This document shows positions 58,589 to 64,000 of a DNA stretch of 64,000 nucleotides, in pieces. Source of the DNA: a virus; IMG/VR virus record IMGVR_UViG_3300046779_001412, positions 72,489-136,488 of that record; one strand, written 5' to 3'. Made by a program: the position numbers and the translations under genes. How positions within the stretch are numbered: the first letter of the stretch is position 1; the number at the start of each line of letters is the position of its first letter. Under the pieces are notes generated by a model. The model did no database searches. It was given only the letters and a program-made list of their open reading frames with translations, and was not told where the DNA came from.

Positions 58589-59668
58589 TCAAATTAGATT
58601 GGTTCCGCGTTCTTCAACGTAGTCTACATCAGGCACTTGCCCACGTGAACGACGTCTAGCACAATACATTTCACATGCCATGCTGGCTTCTTCCATGCTT
58701 TCAAATGCAGTTGGCAACATTTTTTCCTCCATGGTTATTCTAAAGCCATCGTCTTCGTTGCCATGTATTCGCAGCACCTTACCATCATCTGTAGTAATGG
58801 TGCGTACTGGCAAGAATTTTTCAATGTCCGGTTTGGCTATTTCCTGTTTGGCCTTGGTTATCAAAGAGCGGTCGCGGCCAACAAGTTCATCTTCTACGCT
58901 GCGTAGATAATCAGTAAGGTCACGTCTAATCTTGCCTAGCACGTCTTCAGCTGCCATCATTTGTTCTTGAACGTCATTGGTTTTTTTACCGGTAGAGGTA
59001 TCTGGTTTTTCTTTAGACAGCATATTTTGATTGATAGGAAAAGTTTGACTGGTTGGAGATTTAAATTGTCCTGTGACTCTATTGGCCAATTGCTCTCCTG
59101 GATCCATTGCATATTTGTCCGGAACCTGGGAAGGTGTACTCAAGGACATTATACCCGTTCGTGGTTCTTCATTTGTTGTTTGTTTATTATCGCGTGGGTA
59201 ACCTGTTTTGATATCCAGGCTATATCCAGACAAGCCTTGACGATCCAGGACATCACTAATAAACTTTTCAGCATCTTTGGAATTTTTAAATTTATCACCT
59301 AGATTGTATGTGCGTGTTTCACCATCAATTGTGACATACGCTACTGTTATAGGCTTTACTGGTTCAGCGGCTTGAGCAGGTGAACCCATGAAATTAGCAG
59401 CAGCCAAAGCTGCGGCAGCGGCCTTGTCTTTCCAGCCTTCTTCTACTTCAGAATCTGCACTTTCAGAAGTGCCTACTGCGTAGCCTTTCATGGGATGCTC
59501 TGGATCAGTTTTGGCGCCCAGGACAGAAATCTTGCGAGGTTTGAACAGTGCAGGCAATTGTGGCACTGCCTTTTGCTGTGGATTTAAATCTTTTGACAGT
59601 TTAGTAGGTGTGGTGCTGCTTTCTTGCACAGCATCAAACCTAGCCAAGATAGTGTAGATATCGTTCAT
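58589..59668 (-). CDS. hypothetical protein, possibly virion-associated
   Basis: Start MNDIYTIL; VEEGWKD-type segments. Confidence 0.65.
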   Translation of the reverse strand: MNDIYTILARFDAVQESSTTPTKLSKDLNPQQKAVPQLPALFKPRKISVLGAKTDPEHPMKGYAVGTSESADSEVEEGWKDKAAAAALAAANFMGSPAQAAEPVKPITVAYVTIDGETRTYNLGDKFKNSKDAEKFISDVLDRQGLSGYSLDIKTGYPRDNKQTTNEEPRTGIMSLSTPSQVPDKYAMDPGEQLANRVTGQFKSPTSQTFPINQNMLSKEKPDTSTGKKTNDVQEQMMAAEDVLGKIRRDLTDYLRSVEDELVGRDRSLITKAKQEIAKPDIEKFLPVRTITTDDGKVLRIHGNEDDGFRITMEEKMLPTAFESMEEASMACEMYCARRRSRGQVPDVDYVEERGTNLI

Positions 59669-60108
59669 GCCCTTGCGTCCTTGAGAAATGATCTCAACAT
59701 CCAACGATGCTTGCCCATGGCATCAATACGCTCGGCAATAAAGTTTGCTATACCTTCTTGCTGCTCAGCAGCAGCTTCTTGAAATGTTGTGTTTAGCAGT
59801 GGCAGGATATTGTTTGTATCTTGCAGCAGTTCTTCAAGCATTAGTTTTGCTCTTGGAACCTTGATCTGACCTTGAATAATAGAAAGTTCGCCGAAACGTT
59901 CAAAACTTCCAGGAGCATAGTCGTCAAGCACTCTAATGAATTCAGCACAGCGATCAATGGTGTTACCGTATACTTCTTCATAGATGTTACCAAAGAATTC
60001 ATGCAATTGTGCAAAGTCAGGTCCTTCCACGTTCCAGTGGAAAAACTGTGCTTTGATACTAAAAGCATAGTTTGAAGCCAATACAATTTTAAGAGATTCT
60101 GCCAGCAT
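59665..60108 (-). CDS. dps: Dps/ferritin-like DNA protection protein
   Basis: FHWNVEGPDFAQLHEFF, KHRWML. Confidence 0.9.
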   Translation of the reverse strand: MLAESLKIVLASNYAFSIKAQFFHWNVEGPDFAQLHEFFGNIYEEVYGNTIDRCAEFIRVLDDYAPGSFERFGELSIIQGQIKVPRAKLMLEELLQDTNNILPLLNTTFQEAAAEQQEGIANFIAERIDAMGKHRWMLRSFLKDARA

Positions 60109-60265
60109 TGTTTGTCCGTTTGATTTTCTTAGCTTGATATTTATGCGCTACTTGCGGCCTGCTCATGCGACTTACCATGGGCATATGACCAAGACCCTGT
60201 GCCACAGGGGAAATGCTAGCACTGGTTGTACTGACATTTTCACGTATAAACTCTATTGCCCGCAT
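60089..60265 (-). CDS. small hypothetical protein (58 aa)
   Basis: Manual translation MRAIEFIRENVSTTS... Confidence 0.55.
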   Translation of the reverse strand: MRAIEFIRENVSTTSASISPVAQGLGHMPMVSRMSRPQVAHKYQAKKIKRTNNAGRIS

Positions 60266-60268
60266 TTG

Positions 60269-60553
60269 TTATCCAATTAAAAAAGTACCGTTGCTTTTCA
60301 CACGCACCGACCCGTGCACAGCGTTCATAGTCAGAACCGTGAGATCTGCTAGACAGGGCTGTATGAGTTCAAATCTAATACGATACTTGCCCGGTACTGC
60401 TCGGATTTGAAACAATTCTTCAATATAACAGTCGGTCCAAATCCATGATCTTTCAGTGAATAGTTCGTCATTTACCCAGGCGCGATAGGTTGGTGGCAAA
60501 CCTTCCCAGCGGCAGTCTAGCTTACAGACAATTTTGACGATGTCATTGGACAT
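60269..60553 (-). CDS. hypothetical phage protein
   Basis: YRAWVNDELFTERSWIW; TAAATA upstream. Confidence 0.65.
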   Translation of the reverse strand: MSNDIVKIVCKLDCRWEGLPPTYRAWVNDELFTERSWIWTDCYIEELFQIRAVPGKYRIRFELIQPCLADLTVLTMNAVHGSVRVKSNGTFLIG

Positions 60554-62409
60554 TCCATATTTAGCTCAATATCCCGGGAGATTTCCCATGGAACCAAATT
60601 AATCCTGGCTTTGCCAAAGCCTTCTTTGCGTCTTAGAACTACATAACTGAGAAATTCATCAAGATCCTCCCATGCACTAGAATTTTCAAAACGGTACATA
60701 GAGAGTGCGGTAGTAATCACAGGTTCAAGATCTTGAATCCAACTCACAAGATTATTAGGCAACAATTCGTCAATGGCCTCAGGCTTATTAGGATCAATTA
60801 TATAAAGTTCTTGTAGTTTGACCACTTGCTCTACTAAATCGTCCGAACACACAGATCTAAACCAATCAGCAAGATAACCTAAAAATCTAGTCCGATCACG
60901 ATACATGTCTTTAACTGTTTCCCAGGTAGCATAGTATTCAATGCTTTTTCCCTGTTGATAAAAATTCACCACAGAGTCATGCAGTTGTTTTATCTGTTGT
61001 GAAAAAAATTCGTGGTGACTTAACCATTGTTCAAGATTTTGATATATGTTTTGATAGCTCCAGCCTCTACGACGTAGGTATCTAGCATATAGTTCTGTCC
61101 ATCCATGGTGATGGAAGGTTACTATCATCCAGGAAAACAATGTGGCTTTTACAAAATCCTCAGCACTCATGGTGCTGGTTTCTGTGGCAATGTGTTGCAC
61201 CTCATTAATTCCGCTGCGTTCACAGGTCCAATAGTCTGAAATCACTGTGCTGCGGATTTTGTATTGTGCGTGTTGATCAGTCAGTGCACTGTTGCGTAAT
61301 AGTTCTACTGGAAACACATACACGCAGCCGTGTTGTCCCATTTCTAATAGATCAAGATGTCCTTGTCGCCAGCTCGCTAGAGTTTCTTCTGGCAAGCCTA
61401 GTATAAGTTCTGTATAAAATGGAATTTGCCTACGATTGCATTCGTTAAACAGTTGACTAAGGTCATTGAGTCTCATGTTCTTACGACGAATCGCTTCCAG
61501 TGTTTTATCATGCATGCTCTGTACGCTGAGTGTGAGTCCGCGATTTAGGCCTGCTACAGTGAGTTGATGAGCAATGTCTAAAACAATATCATTACTGTTT
61601 TTATACCAACTAGAGTTTATCTGTTGTGGAAATCCATATTGTTGTTTGGTCTGTATAAAGTAGTCAACTATCTCACGATCACGATCAGCAAACACGCCAA
61701 AGTTGGCATCAGCTAGAGCAACAAATTCAATTTGATTACGCCCGGCCCAGTTTATTTCAGCAAATACTTTTTCTAAGGGGAATTTTTTTATTTTTGCATA
61801 GGTCAAACTACCCCAGTCGCAAAACGTACAGGCAAACGGGCAGCCACGATTGGTTTCTAAGGTCATGGCATAGTTGTAATTACGGTTCTCAATAATGGTG
61901 TCAAACACACCTGTGAGATAGGGACTGGGAATGTCAAGATCCTCCATACGGGAGGCTACATAATCACGTTTAACTCTATTATCTAGAATATCCAACAACA
62001 TAGTCTCAAAGGCCTGTTCGCCCTCATAGCGTATGGTTACGTCAATCCAAGGATGTTGTTGACGCCATTCACGGTGCACTGATTCTGTATTGGGAACATT
62101 AGGACCACCAAAGAATATCACACACTCGGGCCAACGCTGTTTGATTGCTTTGCTCAATGCTAGATTGTATTGTTCATTCCAAATGTAGGTGCTGAATCCG
62201 CACACTCTGGGATTGTCAAGACTGTTCACAACCTGATCCACAGGATCACGCAGTAACCCTAGGCCAGCTAGATGAAAGTTATCTTGAAGTCGCTCATTGG
62301 TCATGGCATAACTCCATACGCAGCCTACTGCGTAAGGAAGCCACACTGTTGTGACCGATCCATGCCCTGCCACAAAATTAGGGGCATAAAGATACACGTT
62401 TTGTTTCAT
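60517..62409 (-). CDS. B12-binding radical SAM protein
   Basis: ETNRGCPFACTFCDW, FSTYIWN, FGGPN, ELILGLPEET. Confidence 0.9.
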   Translation of the reverse strand: MKQNVYLYAPNFVAGHGSVTTVWLPYAVGCVWSYAMTNERLQDNFHLAGLGLLRDPVDQVVNSLDNPRVCGFSTYIWNEQYNLALSKAIKQRWPECVIFFGGPNVPNTESVHREWRQQHPWIDVTIRYEGEQAFETMLLDILDNRVKRDYVASRMEDLDIPSPYLTGVFDTIIENRNYNYAMTLETNRGCPFACTFCDWGSLTYAKIKKFPLEKVFAEINWAGRNQIEFVALADANFGVFADRDREIVDYFIQTKQQYGFPQQINSSWYKNSNDIVLDIAHQLTVAGLNRGLTLSVQSMHDKTLEAIRRKNMRLNDLSQLFNECNRRQIPFYTELILGLPEETLASWRQGHLDLLEMGQHGCVYVFPVELLRNSALTDQHAQYKIRSTVISDYWTCERSGINEVQHIATETSTMSAEDFVKATLFSWMIVTFHHHGWTELYARYLRRRGWSYQNIYQNLEQWLSHHEFFSQQIKQLHDSVVNFYQQGKSIEYYATWETVKDMYRDRTRFLGYLADWFRSVCSDDLVEQVVKLQELYIIDPNKPEAIDELLPNNLVSWIQDLEPVITTALSMYRFENSSAWEDLDEFLSYVVLRRKEGFGKARINLVPWEISRDIELNMECPMTSSKLSVS

Positions 62410-62416
62410 TGGTTAT

Positions 62417-62659
62417 TTAATAGGGCTGCTTTTCTGCTTCGCTTTTACAGCCTTCCCACCAGCTGTTGCTGTTGCCTGGAGGACACATAGCAGGATTGGT
62501 AATACCCCGTGCCTGCGCCCAGTTATCACCGGCTTGATGTCCTGAACAATCTTTGGTGCATGGGTATTGACGCCAGGTCAGGCCAGTGTCTAAGCCAGTG
62601 TCTACTTCAGCCATTTTGCGACGTTTTTTTGATCTGCGGACAAATTCACGAGCACGCAT
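62417..62659 (-). CDS. small Cys-rich protein
   Basis: CTKDCSGHQAG...C...EGC. Confidence 0.65.
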   Translation of the reverse strand: MRAREFVRRSKKRRKMAEVDTGLDTGLTWRQYPCTKDCSGHQAGDNWAQARGITNPAMCPPGNSNSWWEGCKSEAEKQPY

Positions 62660-62880
62660 TAGACTAACCTCGTGCCTGCGGGCATCTTTTTAACCTGTCC
62701 AATTTCGTGCGTTTTGACATTATACTGTGCTTTGATCAATGCCCGTGCCGCTGCGGCACTTGGTGCGCTGACTGTGACCGTGATACGTCCTAGATAGCCA
62801 GGTTGTTGTATTCTGACTTGAGCTTGATATACATCGTACTGTTGTACAAGATTTTCAAATAGATCATGTAAGCGCATCAA
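62659..62880 (-). CDS. hypothetical protein
   Basis: 73 aa, TAAATA upstream. Confidence 0.6.
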   Translation of the reverse strand: MMRLHDLFENLVQQYDVYQAQVRIQQPGYLGRITVTVSAPSAAAARALIKAQYNVKTHEIGQVKKMPAGTRLV

Positions 62881-62884
62881 CTAT

Positions 62885-63166
62885 TTAGTGGCTATACTGA
62901 TACCAAAAAGCCGCCCACGCTATCATGGACACGCACAACAAAGCGAATTCAACTGTGCCTCGAGGATCCTTGCGCCAATCAAACGGTTCTTTAGAAACAG
63001 GCACACGAGAAACAGTGTCAGGAAAATGCTGTGCAAACCACTGATCGGCGCTGATTGCTCCGGGAATTGATTCTACGATGGGTTGCACTGTGCTTTTTGT
63101 GTTGACTTGCTGCGCAGTGTGTTTATTGAAAAAATGTCTACGTTTTGGTAAATCAGGAAAAATCAT
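62885..63166 (-). CDS. hypothetical protein with C-terminal TM helix
   Basis: 93 aa. Confidence 0.55.
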   Translation of the reverse strand: MIFPDLPKRRHFFNKHTAQQVNTKSTVQPIVESIPGAISADQWFAQHFPDTVSRVPVSKEPFDWRKDPRGTVEFALLCVSMIAWAAFWYQYSH

Positions 63167-63404
63167 TTATGGTCTCCCATGCAGGAAAATTTGTTGGCCA
63201 CAGCAAAGCAAATACCAAATAATCATTGTTGGACACAAACTCTACATCAATAAAAAAATCCCCGCGGTTGACTGTGAATTCCAACGCGGGGTGTTGTCGT
63301 TTGATCCTGCGTAGTTTGGCTAAAATTCGGGATCGACGCAGTCTATTTCTAGCTACTGCGGTTAATCCCAAATAATAATCTACCGACCAACGTATGCGGG
63401 CCAC
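63153..63404 (-). CDS. hypothetical phage protein
   Basis: 83 aa, TAAATA upstream. Confidence 0.55.
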   Translation of the reverse strand: MARIRWSVDYYLGLTAVARNRLRRSRILAKLRRIKRQHPALEFTVNRGDFFIDVEFVSNNDYLVFALLWPTNFPAWETINDFS

Positions 63405-63411
63405 ACTTTAT

Positions 63412-64000
63412 TTACTTTTTCACGATAGTGTCAGCTACACGTCGCTGATTGGCATCAATGCTTTCGCGTAGATTAATCACTTCTTCTCGTAGTTCGTTAC
63501 CCGACTCTTGTAATTCTTGCAGACTGTCGCCTAGTTCATTGGCATAGGCTGCAACTTCTTTGATGCGCACACGATTTGACTGTGCATCTTTGGCCAACAA
63601 CTGTGACACTTCCATGGTGGCTTGGATACGCTGATCATTTGTGATATTAGTGGCTTCACGCATCATTTGCTTGAGTTCACCGTCTAACCATTCGGCATTT
63701 TCGTCAGCGATGTCAGAAATAAATGCTGCCATTTCTTCGTTGGCATGATAGAATTTTTCTGATGCTGCACCAATAGCCTTGATAGCATTGGCCATGTCCT
63801 GGGCAATGTCCACCATGCGGCGATTCATCACATTACGGTGCTGTAGATACTCCAGCTTGGTTTTGTTGATCATGCTTTCTTGGAAAGCAGCATGTTCTGC
63901 TGATTCGGGTTTCAACAAGTTCAACATCATAAGACGATTACGGTACACATCATCTGTGGTGCGCATGATCATTTCACGATTACCACCGGCATTGATTGCC
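63412..64000 (-). CDS. coiled-coil protein, 5' end outside the window
   Basis: Frame stays open to the window edge (AINAGGNREMIMR...). Confidence 0.7.
   Translation of the reverse strand, partial: AINAGGNREMIMRTTDDVYRNRLMMLNLLKPESAEHAAFQESMINKTKLEYLQHRNVMNRRMVDIAQDMANAIKAIGAASEKFYHANEEMAAFISDIADENAEWLDGELKQMMREATNITNDQRIQATMEVSQLLAKDAQSNRVRIKEVAAYANELGDSLQELQESGNELREEVINLRESIDANQRRVADTIVKK

Overview
A 64-kb piece of a large dsDNA bacteriophage genome (T4-superfamily-like or jumbo-type; family-B DNA polymerase, sliding clamp, T4-type RNase H, TAAATA late promoters). Almost everything is on the minus strand. The pstS/porin, GroEL, PqqA and tmRNA-tag sequences point to a proteobacterial, probably betaproteobacterial, host (inference). 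Contents from left to right: an AAA ATPase; host-like auxiliary genes (ahcY, RNA polymerase omega, groES/groEL, phosphate porin, pstS); a circularly permuted two-piece tmRNA; methyltransferase and B12-radical-SAM genes; a PqqA precursor peptide missed by the ORF track; 26 tRNA or tRNA-like genes (every amino acid except Val) interleaved with unexplained structured RNAs; a 7-deazaguanine pathway (folE, queD, queE, DpdL-like, TGT/DpdA-like gene with an in-frame TGA) next to sugar-modification enzymes; replication genes; dps. The most striking signal sits at the head of the tRNA array. A leaderless 41-codon leader peptide uses all 20 amino acids in a run of 30 non-repeating codons, and its stop codon overlaps an antiterminator that competes with an intrinsic terminator. 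This looks like a pan-codon transcription attenuator that switches on phage tRNAs when any host tRNA fails. All family calls come from motif recognition by eye; no database searches were run.
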